Source of the DNA: an uncultured virus (IMG/VR IMGVR_UViG_3300025617_000900)
Lineage: Duplodnaviria > Heunggongvirae > Uroviricota > Caudoviricetes
Strand: one strand, 5' to 3'
DNA length: 64,000 nt
IMG/VR virus record: IMGVR_UViG_3300025617_000900
The position numbers and the translations under genes are program-made. Each line of letters opens with the position of its first letter. Position 1 is the first letter of the stretch. Under the pieces are notes generated by a model. The model saw only the letters and a program-made list of their open reading frames with translations. It had not been told where the DNA came from and searched no databases. Below, piece after piece: positions 25,899 through 34,442 of this stretch.

Positions 25899-26984
25899 AT
25901 GGATACTTCAACACGCACAGTTAGCCCAAACGGCGCAAAAAACAGCATCAAACATGCGCTTAAAAAGCAACGTCCTATCTTCTTATGGGGTCCTCCAGGT
26001 ATTGGTAAGAGTGATATTGTACGTCAAGTTAACGACACATTTTCAAACTCACATCTCATTGACATTCGTTTGAGTCTTTGGGAGCCTACAGACATCAAAG
26101 GTATTCCGTACTTTGACAGCAACTCAGGTACAATGGTATGGGGTGCGCCTAACGAACTTCCTTCAGAAGAGTTTGCAGCACAGTATGACCATATCACACT
26201 GTTTTTGGATGAGATGAACTCAGCAGCGCCAAGTGTACAGGCAGCAGCATATCAGCTTATTCTTAACCGTCGTGTAGGTACTTACAAGTTGCCAGACAAT
26301 GTTTCAGTTGTTGCGGCAGGCAACCGTGAAGCAGACAAAGGTGTTACATATCGTATGCCTGCTCCGTTGGCTAACCGCTTTATTCACTTGGAACTTGCTG
26401 TTAACTTTGATGATTGGTTCAACTGGGCAGTTGCTAACAATGAGCACACAGATGTTGTAGGCTACTTGACTTTTGCTAAGAAAGACTTGTATGACTTTGA
26501 CCCTAGGAGCTCATCACGTTCGTTTGCAACACCTCGTTCGTGGTCATTTGTAAGTGAGTTGTTGGAAGACGAGTTGGACGAAAACACCACTACAGATCTT
26601 GTAGCAGGTGCAGTAGGTGAAGGCTTGGCTGTCAAGTTTATGGCTCACCGCAAGGTAGCTGCTAACATGCCTAATCCTACTGACATATTAACAGGCAAAG
26701 TAAAAGAGTTGAAAACTAAAGAAATTAGTGCTATGTACTCTTTGACAGTGTCTTTGTGCTACGAACTTAAAGAGTCCTGTGACGCAGGTGATAAGAAGTT
26801 TGATGACAAAGTGAACAACTTCTTGCGCTTTTCAATGGATAACTTTGACACTGAGCTTGTTGTTATGGGCATTAAGCTTGCACTAACACAATACGGCTTG
26901 CCAATTGACCCAGACGAAGTAGAGTGCTTTGATGAGTTCCACGACCGTTATGGCAAATATATTAAGGCTGCAAACGCTGCCTAA
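25899..26984 (+). CDS. MoxR-type AAA+ ATPase
   Basis: Walker A GPPGIGKS, Walker B LFLDE, AAGN, LANRF, TPRSW. Confidence 0.93.
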   Translation: MDTSTRTVSPNGAKNSIKHALKKQRPIFLWGPPGIGKSDIVRQVNDTFSNSHLIDIRLSLWEPTDIKGIPYFDSNSGTMVWGAPNELPSEEFAAQYDHITLFLDEMNSAAPSVQAAAYQLILNRRVGTYKLPDNVSVVAAGNREADKGVTYRMPAPLANRFIHLELAVNFDDWFNWAVANNEHTDVVGYLTFAKKDLYDFDPRSSSRSFATPRSWSFVSELLEDELDENTTTDLVAGAVGEGLAVKFMAHRKVAANMPNPTDILTGKVKELKTKEISAMYSLTVSLCYELKESCDAGDKKFDDKVNNFLRFSMDNFDTELVVMGIKLALTQYGLPIDPDEVECFDEFHDRYGKYIKAANAA

Positions 26985-26990
26985 AGAACA

Positions 26991-27027
26991 GAAAGAACGA
27001 GTTCTTTTGAGCTTGTTCTTTCCTTTT
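26991..27027 (+). terminator. intrinsic terminator
   Basis: GAAAGAACGAGTTC-tttt-GAGCTTGTTCTTTC stem followed by CTTTT. Confidence 0.7.
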
Positions 27028-27041
27028 GATTTAAATAATGG

Positions 27042-27069
27042 TTGACATATACACTACTGATGCTATAAT
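27042..27069 (+). promoter_or_regulatory. sigma70 promoter
   Basis: TTGACA-N16-TATAAT with extended TG, followed by ATATGTATA. Confidence 0.8.
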
Positions 27070-27099
27070 ATATGTATAAGTTAGATAAAGGGCAATGAT

Positions 27100-28410
27100 A
27101 TGAGCACTAAAGATACAGCAAGTAAACTAAAAAACTTTACTCCAGATCCTGACATTACACCCGAAGCATTAGAAACAATGCGTGTAGAAGTTATGGATCG
27201 TATTATTACTGCACGTATTGGTTTGCTACTGCGTCATCCTTTCTTTGGCAATATGGCAACACGTTTAAAAATTATTGCTGCCGATGACTGGCTTCCTACT
27301 GCGGCTGTAGATGGTCGCAACCTATACTACAACACACAATTCTTTAATGCAATGAACAATAAAGAAATTGAGTTCGTTGTTGCACACGAAATCCTACACA
27401 TGGTGTTTGATCACTTGGGACGTCGAGAAGATCGCAATCCTATGATCTACAACATCAGCGCAGACTATATTGTAAACAATACACTTGTGCGTGATCGTAT
27501 TGGTGCAATTCCGAGCATTGTTAGTTGCTACCAAGACTTTAAGTACGAAGGTTGGACTTCAGAAGAAGTATACGATGACGTATTTGAAGAGGCTAAAAAG
27601 AACGGTGAAGAATACTTAAAACAACTTGGCGAAATGTTAGACGAACACCTTGACATGGATGAAGGTGACGAAGGCAGTTCAGATGGTGATGTAGACGAAG
27701 ACGGCAACGGTAATGCTACAAGCAAAAGCAAGCCCAAGTACTCTAAAGAAGATATGAAGCAGATCAAGGATGAGATCAAAGAGAATATGATTAGTGCGGC
27801 ACAGAGTGCTGGCGCTGGCAATGTTCCAGGTGCTGTACAGCGCATTATCAAAGAGCTTACTGAACCCAAGATGAACTGGCGTGAGATTATTCGCCAGTCT
27901 GTACAAAGCACAATTAGAAGCGATTATACATTTACTCGTCCGAGCCGCAAAGGTCAAATGAGCGGTGCTATATTGCCCAGCATGGACTTTGAAGATACCA
28001 TTGATATTGCAGTTTGCATTGACATGAGTGGGTCAATTGGTGAAATACAAGGCAAAGACTTTTTAGGCGAAGTCAAAGGTATTATGGAAGAATTTCCAGA
28101 CTACAACATTAAAGTATGGTGCTTTGACACAGATGTTTACAACGAAGAAGACTTTGAAGCTAATGACGGTAAAGACCTGTTGGACTACCAGCTAATGGGC
28201 GGTGGCGGCACTGACTTTATGGCAAATTGGAAGTATATGAAAGAGCAGGATTATGTTCCTAAGAAGCTCATTATGTTTACAGACGGCTATGCTTGGGATA
28301 GCTGGGGCGACCCAGACTACTGCGATACAGTATTTCTTATCCACAGCAACCGTGACAAGAATTTAGAAGGACCGTTTGGTACAACTGTACACTACGATGC
28401 AGCGGCATGA
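27100..28410 (+). CDS. metallopeptidase-like + VWA domain protein (DUF2201 type), MoxR partner
   Basis: HEILH zincin motif, acidic linker, MIDAS DMSGS, GGGGTDF, FTDG. Confidence 0.9.
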   Translation: MSTKDTASKLKNFTPDPDITPEALETMRVEVMDRIITARIGLLLRHPFFGNMATRLKIIAADDWLPTAAVDGRNLYYNTQFFNAMNNKEIEFVVAHEILHMVFDHLGRREDRNPMIYNISADYIVNNTLVRDRIGAIPSIVSCYQDFKYEGWTSEEVYDDVFEEAKKNGEEYLKQLGEMLDEHLDMDEGDEGSSDGDVDEDGNGNATSKSKPKYSKEDMKQIKDEIKENMISAAQSAGAGNVPGAVQRIIKELTEPKMNWREIIRQSVQSTIRSDYTFTRPSRKGQMSGAILPSMDFEDTIDIAVCIDMSGSIGEIQGKDFLGEVKGIMEEFPDYNIKVWCFDTDVYNEEDFEANDGKDLLDYQLMGGGGTDFMANWKYMKEQDYVPKKLIMFTDGYAWDSWGDPDYCDTVFLIHSNRDKNLEGPFGTTVHYDAAA

Positions 28411-28688
28411 TTAAGAATAAAAAGATAAATCCATTAAATGTATTTGAAGTGAGGCAAGTAAAGTCTGCTCCGCCTCACTTTGAGTACGTTAATTTACCTA
28501 TGAAATATAATTTAGAAGACAGTCTGATCAAATGGATCAAACAACACCTAAAAAATAGATTTTATGTAGGCAAGAATGTATCACTTGACAGTGACAACAA
28601 ATTAGCACAAGTACTAACTGTTGGATTTGAAGAGACAAAGGACATGAGTTATTTCATGTTGGCTTGTCCACATTTAAAGTACAAATAA
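28407..28688 (+). CDS. hypothetical protein
   Basis: ATGA overlap, 93 aa. Confidence 0.75.
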   Translation: MIKNKKINPLNVFEVRQVKSAPPHFEYVNLPMKYNLEDSLIKWIKQHLKNRFYVGKNVSLDSDNKLAQVLTVGFEETKDMSYFMLACPHLKYK

Positions 28689-28725
28689 ATAAACTGCGCA
28701 TATATAATATAACAAGGAGATAATT

Positions 28726-28959
28726 ATGAGCGAAGATACAACCGTTGAAGCACAAGTTGCAGAAACACCTGAAACAAGTGAAGCACAAGGTCCTGATCTA
28801 ACTGTACAAGATCTACAAGCACTAAAGAGCATTATTGATGTTGCAAGCCAACGTGGTGCATTTAAGCCAAATGAAATGATGACAGTTGGTCAAACCTATA
28901 GTAAATTAGAAGCATTTTTAGGTGCAGTTGCACAACAACAGCCTGCACAAGGAGCATAA
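28726..28959 (+). CDS. hypothetical phage protein
   Basis: AGGAG RBS; IIDVASQRGAFK..E. Confidence 0.8.
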   Translation: MSEDTTVEAQVAETPETSEAQGPDLTVQDLQALKSIIDVASQRGAFKPNEMMTVGQTYSKLEAFLGAVAQQQPAQGA

Positions 28960-28960
28960 T

Positions 28961-29584
28961 ATGTTAAAACACGTGGGCCGGATGGCTAATAATCAAAGAC
29001 GAGTAATTGTTGCATACAAAGTACTTCCTGGTGATCCAGATCATTGTGTTGTAGTAACGACAGAAAATTTAGAAGCAGGTGATCACGATGCACTTATTCA
29101 ACTTGTCGAATCTCCCGCAGGACAAGAAGCAGATGACTTGGCAACTGTTATGATGCGTACACAACTATCCGATGGTAGTAACATGCTTGCACGTTTCCAT
29201 ACAACTGGTAAAATGGTTAAGGCAAAAACTTCTGAGATTGAAATGATTCCTAATCAGAATACTTCTATTAAACTGAGCGAACTCAATGAAGTTATTGCAC
29301 AACAAAAAGGCGTAACTGTTGCTGATTTGGCTGTTAAAGGCCCGGACGGACAAACAGTACAGCCTGCTAATGCAGAGCCTACAATTACTGCTGATCAAAT
29401 GGCAGCAGAAATTGTACAACCTGTTGCAGAAGATGGAGTAATTAGCGACGAAGCACTTGCTAAAAAATACCGTAGCGATGCAGATCGGTTAAGCAAAGAA
29501 GCTGCTGAACTGCGCAGACAGGCTGAAGAATTAGTCCCAACTAAAAAGAAAGCATCTACAAAGAAGACTTCGCAAAGTGCCTAA
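28961..29584 (+). CDS. hypothetical phage protein
   Basis: AGGAG RBS before ATG 28961 (MLKHVGR); coiled-coil, basic C-terminus. Confidence 0.8.
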   Translation: MLKHVGRMANNQRRVIVAYKVLPGDPDHCVVVTTENLEAGDHDALIQLVESPAGQEADDLATVMMRTQLSDGSNMLARFHTTGKMVKAKTSEIEMIPNQNTSIKLSELNEVIAQQKGVTVADLAVKGPDGQTVQPANAEPTITADQMAAEIVQPVAEDGVISDEALAKKYRSDADRLSKEAAELRRQAEELVPTKKKASTKKTSQSA

Positions 29585-29885
29585 AAATAAACTTCCTGAA
29601 GAAGTAATCAAACATTGGCCTGAAATATTTAAAGATGTTGAAATTACTGCAATACCGATAGAGTATATCAATAATATATACGTATACTTTCATGACGGTA
29701 AGGTTTGGCAAATAGATATGGATAGTCAATCTAACAACGATGTTTCCCCATTAGAGGAAAGCCTTGAAGCGTTTTTAGAACAATACAATGACGAAATTGA
29801 ACATGTTGACTTTCGCTTACATACTTCTAAAATAGTAAAAGATATTAAAAATCGAACCAAAAGTTTCATGAAGAAAAGGAAATAG
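29577..29885 (+). CDS. hypothetical protein
   Basis: GTG start overlapping the upstream gene. Confidence 0.7.
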   Translation: MPKNKLPEEVIKHWPEIFKDVEITAIPIEYINNIYVYFHDGKVWQIDMDSQSNNDVSPLEESLEAFLEQYNDEIEHVDFRLHTSKIVKDIKNRTKSFMKKRK

Positions 29886-29908
29886 ATTTCAGGATATCTT
29901 TAAAAATG

Positions 29909-29916
29909 TATAAATA
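29909..29916 (+). promoter_or_regulatory. T4-type late promoter
   Basis: TATAAATA about 30 nt upstream of the fibre-like gene. Confidence 0.65.
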
Positions 29917-29945
29917 CTAATAATAGATATTCTAGGAGTATATAC

Positions 29946-31154
29946 ATGGCATTACGTCTAAGACGCGGCACAGATGCAGAACGCTTGCAAATAACACCCG
30001 CACAGGGTGAATTAATCTACACCACTGATACTAAAGTTCTTTATGTAGGAGACGGTAGTACAGTTGGCGGGACGCTCGTTACAGGCGGCGCTGGCAGCGG
30101 CTCCGCTACACTAGACGGGCTGATAGATACAGATCTTACCAATGCAGAAAATGGTGATGCACTAGTATTTAATTCAGGAACCAATAGATGGGAAGCTGCC
30201 GAGATCCCTGGACTTTCAGACTTTGGCCTAGACGATTTAGAAGATGTGTTCATTGACATTAATACAAGAAACACAGGCGATTTTTTAGTACTCGATTCTG
30301 CTGGAAACTTTACCAATCAACCCTTAAGAGAAACCTTTGCAGAAGATGCAAACTGGCGAATTAATATTATCGGAGACGATAGTACAATTCTTGTTAATAC
30401 AGACAATAATACACTAAGTGGTACATTAGTCGGAGATGTTTTAGGTGATGTTGATGGTGATGTTACGGGTAATTTAACTGGTGATGTTACGGGTAATTTA
30501 AATGGTGATGTTTTTGGGAATGTTTTTGGGAATGTTATCGGCGACCTTCAAGGTGATTTAAGTGGTAGTGTGTTTAGTGAAGACAGTTCACTAATAGTAG
30601 ACGGTACAACCAATACTATTACTGCGGACTCAGTAAATACAAATCTACTTAATAGTTCGATCAATACCCCGATTGTTTTGCAAAATGTTGATAGAACTCC
30701 AGTGCGGATTTCAGCAATTACAGATGGCAATCCCGGCGGCTTTCCTTATACAGAATATCTATCTATTAAAGGAACATTTTTAACTCCAGAATCAGTAGCT
30801 CCAGGCGATATAGTAGGTGGTTGGAAGATATCTGGTTATGACGCTGCTGCCGGTATCGGTAAATCAACAACTATATTGGCTGCTCGCTTGATGGCTGATG
30901 CTGTGATAACTGACACAAGTCCCAATTCTCTTACATCTATGCTTGTTAGTGGCGGTGGTACTAATACTTCTAGTTTCGACTTTTATGGCAGTGGTCAGTT
31001 TAAATCACCAGGTGCCATTACTCCTGGAGTATATGCTGATGCTGCTGCACGTGATGCAGCTATTACAACTCCGACAGCAGGTATGATGGTATTTGTAACT
31101 GACATTGCTAAGTTCCAAGGTTACGACGGTAGCGCCTGGGTTAACTTAAACTAA
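29946..31154 (+). CDS. tail fibre/spike-like structural protein
   Basis: Mtd_N-like N-terminus (LRLRRGT...GELIYTTDT..LYVGDG), LDGL.D repeats, G[DN][VL]x repeats, C-terminal RDA...GMMVF...FQGYDG..W module. Confidence 0.8.
   Translation: MALRLRRGTDAERLQITPAQGELIYTTDTKVLYVGDGSTVGGTLVTGGAGSGSATLDGLIDTDLTNAENGDALVFNSGTNRWEAAEIPGLSDFGLDDLEDVFIDINTRNTGDFLVLDSAGNFTNQPLRETFAEDANWRINIIGDDSTILVNTDNNTLSGTLVGDVLGDVDGDVTGNLTGDVTGNLNGDVFGNVFGNVIGDLQGDLSGSVFSEDSSLIVDGTTNTITADSVNTNLLNSSINTPIVLQNVDRTPVRISAITDGNPGGFPYTEYLSIKGTFLTPESVAPGDIVGGWKISGYDAAAGIGKSTTILAARLMADAVITDTSPNSLTSMLVSGGGTNTSSFDFYGSGQFKSPGAITPGVYADAAARDAAITTPTAGMMVFVTDIAKFQGYDGSAWVNLN
30419..30574 (+). repeat. 12-bp-period coding repeat (G-[DN]-[VL]-x tetrapeptides)
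   Basis: Exact 23-bp duplication at 30455-30477/30479-30501 and tandem TGTTTTTGGGAA copies. Confidence 0.85.
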
Positions 31155-31177
31155 TAGCTTAAAATATTAAAATAAAA

Positions 31178-31206
31178 TGCCAGTTTTAGAGCTGGTATTT
31201 TTTTTG
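31178..31206 (+). terminator. intrinsic terminator after the fibre gene
   Basis: TGCCAGT...GCTGGTA stem followed by a 10-nt T run. Confidence 0.75.
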
Positions 31207-31223
31207 ACTGCATATATATTATT

Positions 31224-31871
31224 ATGTCATTAACTTTATTAACTTCCGGAACAACAAAAGCACCCAAGACTGTTAATCATACTTGGAGAGATCTAAATAC
31301 TGCTATAGATCGTAGTATTAAAGAAATAGGTCTTACAAGCAACGACATAGTCTTAGACGTCTTTCCTGCTAATACTATTGCACACTATACCATAACTGCT
31401 ATGCCTGCTTACAGGGCTAATGCAACGCTTGTAAGTGCTAAATTTGAAGCTAATTATTATATTAAATTATTTAAAGAAACACAGCCTACTTACATTGCTC
31501 TCATTCCTAGACACTGGGAATTGCTTAAAGAAGTAGATAGCTGGAACAATCTCAATATGTCTAGTGTTCGTTACATGGTTACTGGAAGCGGACCAGTTCC
31601 TCAAGAAATGATAGACGACTTTAAAAGCAAAGGTGTGCAAACTGTTGCTAATTGGTACGGGATGACAGAAATGCCGCCGCCGGTGTTTATAGGTTATAAC
31701 TCTGAAGAATTTGATTTTGAACCAAAAGAAGGTTACGATGTAGACTTTTTAGACGACGGCGAATGTATTATTAATGGATTTGCTACAGGCGATATTTTTG
31801 ATGTACAATCTAAAAAATTTTTAAAAAGAAAACTTAGTAATTCTATTAACAGTACATGGAAGAATATTTAA
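31224..31871 (+). CDS. minimal AMP-binding (ANL) adenylate-forming enzyme
   Basis: LTSGTTKAPK, TGSGP, WYGMTE, ATGD; only 215 aa. Confidence 0.8.
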   Translation: MSLTLLTSGTTKAPKTVNHTWRDLNTAIDRSIKEIGLTSNDIVLDVFPANTIAHYTITAMPAYRANATLVSAKFEANYYIKLFKETQPTYIALIPRHWELLKEVDSWNNLNMSSVRYMVTGSGPVPQEMIDDFKSKGVQTVANWYGMTEMPPPVFIGYNSEEFDFEPKEGYDVDFLDDGECIINGFATGDIFDVQSKKFLKRKLSNSINSTWKNI

Positions 31872-33382
31872 TTGTATATATTCTTCTTTAACCACTGATA
31901 CGTATTCTCGCAACCTGCACTTATCTGCTGATGTTTGTTAAATTCACTTATAAAATAATCATATGTGCGGTTAACGTTATCGTCATCAATATCAGTTCTG
32001 TTCCATGTAGACAAGTCTACACCCCATGCTTTAGCAACCTGTCCCCACAAGAAGTCAGGAAAGCCTGAGGACTGTCCGAATTTAAGTTGTTCAAATTTAT
32101 CTTTAATCATTTCTAAGTGGTTGTCTTTGCGTCCTATCTCTTGCATATCTTTCCAAAAATCAGTATCATCTCTATTGCTAAGGGTGTAGTGAACAATAAT
32201 AAAATCATAGATGTTATCTAATAGACCTGTGATTTTATCATTATAACTCGATAATGATTTTTCTCCTGCAAGCACATCACTTATAGTTTTAATTGATTCT
32301 GTAACTACTAATAATGATGTAGCTTCTAAAGCTTCGACGAATCCAATACTTAGACCAATTAATGCAACGTTACCTTTCGCAGGGGTTTCAATTCTGCCCG
32401 GGGTCCATGAAATTAATCTAGGTTCCATCATTCTGTTATCTGTGCGTTCTTTAAAATATTCTAATACTGCTTCATCTGATACATGCGATGGACTAAAACT
32501 ATAACCAGTTCCCATCCTGTGATACAAGCATACTTTAAATCGCCAGCCAAACGGCTCAGCTATACTTTGAGTATGGTTAACAAGTTCAGTAGTAGGATCA
32601 CCATAGGAACGCTGGCATACCCAAGTTTTCCTTATAGGATAGTCTGCATATTCTTTATACTTCCAACCTAATTTTGTTGCAAGCACACGCCTAAATCCTG
32701 TAGCATCGATAAAGAAGTCGGCAGACTGTGTAGTATCATCTGCTAGTATTAGAGATTTAATAGTATCTCCTTCTGCTACAACATCTTTAACTTCGCCTAA
32801 CACATGTATTACACCGCTTGGTATTGCATGTTTGTCTTTGATAAAGCTTGCTGCTTTTTCTGCGTTTATATGCTGGCTCCAACTATATAACGGACTTAGT
32901 GTATATTCGCCGGTTTTATACGGCATAACATTGTTGTTCATATAATGATATTGTGTATTAAAATACTTGTCAAACTTATCTAGTTTTTCATTAGATAGAA
33001 GATGCATAAGAACATCAGATGTGCTGATCTTATCTTTCCCTAAAAACAATTCAGATACATCTGACTCGGCTGTATTTAATCTAGTAATATCTCTTGGATA
33101 GTTGAAACTCGAATATTCAATCTTATTTTCTTTTGAATTCCAATCTACAAACTTGTTGCCGAATTTGTAGATTGCTCCTGTTTCCTTCATCCAAACTTTA
33201 TCGTCAATGCCCAGCTGTTTAAAAAACTGTGCTACGTGAGGTGTAACAGTTTCTCCAACTCCTATCTTAGGTATGTTTGGAGATTCTATCAATGTAATTA
33301 TTAAATTAGGATGATATTTTGCTAGCCATGCAGCAGCAAACCATCCGGCGGTACCACCCCCTACAATCGTTACTTTTTTCAT
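31868..33382 (-). CDS. tryptophan-halogenase-like flavoprotein
   Basis: IVGGGTAGW, GVGE, A.YK.G..F.DW, FIDATGF, FVEALEAT, DFI..HY..S.R.DT.FW. Confidence 0.9.
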   Translation of the reverse strand: MKKVTIVGGGTAGWFAAAWLAKYHPNLIITLIESPNIPKIGVGETVTPHVAQFFKQLGIDDKVWMKETGAIYKFGNKFVDWNSKENKIEYSSFNYPRDITRLNTAESDVSELFLGKDKISTSDVLMHLLSNEKLDKFDKYFNTQYHYMNNNVMPYKTGEYTLSPLYSWSQHINAEKAASFIKDKHAIPSGVIHVLGEVKDVVAEGDTIKSLILADDTTQSADFFIDATGFRRVLATKLGWKYKEYADYPIRKTWVCQRSYGDPTTELVNHTQSIAEPFGWRFKVCLYHRMGTGYSFSPSHVSDEAVLEYFKERTDNRMMEPRLISWTPGRIETPAKGNVALIGLSIGFVEALEATSLLVVTESIKTISDVLAGEKSLSSYNDKITGLLDNIYDFIIVHYTLSNRDDTDFWKDMQEIGRKDNHLEMIKDKFEQLKFGQSSGFPDFLWGQVAKAWGVDLSTWNRTDIDDDNVNRTYDYFISEFNKHQQISAGCENTYQWLKKNIYN

Positions 33383-33843
33383 AAACGTCTTTTAAGTGTT
33401 GACATAGTTAATACTATTCTAGGCGGATTCGGAATAGTAACACTATGGAAGTTAGCTACATTTAGTCGATGCCAACGTCCTACATCGATAGTATGTTCTT
33501 CGTAAATAGTATCATCTGTTTTATCTGTATGAAATCTAGTCACGCCGTCGCCTGATTTAATAACGTAGTTAAACGCAACGTCTCTTACTTCAAGATTATC
33601 TATGTGTGGCGGAATGTGATCAGATAAAACAAAAATGTGTGCATCGTGTTTAAAATTAAACAGACTGTTTGTAAATTCTTTTAGTTTATCACTAGCATTA
33701 ATACTAGCAAAATGTTTATAGCTAGATGCTTCTGTATTGCCTTTTGAACTGTAACGTTCGCCAATTTCTACTGTGGTTAGAATATCGTCTACTAACTCGT
33801 CAGGAATAGTAGAAAGATGATCTAAATATTCTAGGTTATTCAT
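33379..33843 (-). CDS. cupin/2OG-Fe(II) oxygenase-like protein
   Basis: PPHID...FHSV...RIVL. Start moved to MNNLEY. Confidence 0.65.
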   Translation of the reverse strand: MNNLEYLDHLSTIPDELVDDILTTVEIGERYSSKGNTEASSYKHFASINASDKLKEFTNSLFNFKHDAHIFVLSDHIPPHIDNLEVRDVAFNYVIKSGDGVTRFHTDKTDDTIYEEHTIDVGRWHRLNVANFHSVTIPNPPRIVLTMSTLKRRL

Positions 33844-34399
33844 ACACTGTGTCCAATTCAAATTTATCGTACTCAAAATCTCCAAAGACTCTTATACTCA
33901 TTTGTGTACCTGTTGCATTAGGAAACCCGTGAGGAATACTATCGTTAAAAAATACATTCTTTTCTTTAACTTGAACATCGTCTGGCATTGTCATAGGTAC
34001 TTCTAATTTAGATGCTATAGTTAATGCTAAATTATAATCAAGATTCGTAGGCGTAGACTCATTACTGTCAACATGTATAGGCAATGGCCCAGTTAAAATA
34101 AATGCGCGGATCATTCCTACTGTTTTAATAGGTAAAGATTCTACTAAAGATTTTATATAAGGTATAGTTAAATCATCTCTCCACTTCCACTCTGAGTGCG
34201 AAATGCTTTTTGCTAGTTTAAAATCAGGAAATTCTGCAACGTCATTTGTACGTATCCAAATTGTATTCCAGGAAGTATTAGATTCATGATCTACTCCGCT
34301 ATCCCATAACTCTTTTGGGATAGACTCTAATTCTTGTGTTAGCTGTTTAGTATCGACATCGATATTAACTGCTGCTGCTTTAATATTGTTCCAATCCAT
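33836..34399 (-). CDS. Asp/Asn beta-hydroxylase-like cupin oxygenase
   Basis: PYIKSLVESLP, IHVD...PHG; start after TAAATA-N5. Confidence 0.65.
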   Translation of the reverse strand: MDWNNIKAAAVNIDVDTKQLTQELESIPKELWDSGVDHESNTSWNTIWIRTNDVAEFPDFKLAKSISHSEWKWRDDLTIPYIKSLVESLPIKTVGMIRAFILTGPLPIHVDSNESTPTNLDYNLALTIASKLEVPMTMPDDVQVKEKNVFFNDSIPHGFPNATGTQMSIRVFGDFEYDKFELDTVYE

Positions 34400-34442
34400 A
34401 ACGATATTTATCATGTTAGTCTGGCATATAAATAGCATTATG
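34397..34442. promoter_or_regulatory. divergent TAAATA-N5-ATG pair
   Basis: Minus TAAATA 34410-34405, ATG 34399; plus TAAATA 34429-34434, ATG 34440. Confidence 0.65.

Noticed and set aside
30419..30574. CRISPR-like array
   Set aside because: The repeats are in-frame 12/24-bp coding units without unique spacers, and there are no cas genes.
125..31000. Many 60-150 aa minus-strand ORFs in the ORF track
   Set aside because: They lie antisense to well-supported plus-strand genes, lack RBSs and motifs, and look like codon-bias shadows.
29946..31154. Diversity-generating retroelement suggested by the Mtd-like N-terminus
   Set aside because: No reverse transcriptase and no template/variable repeat pair seen in the window.
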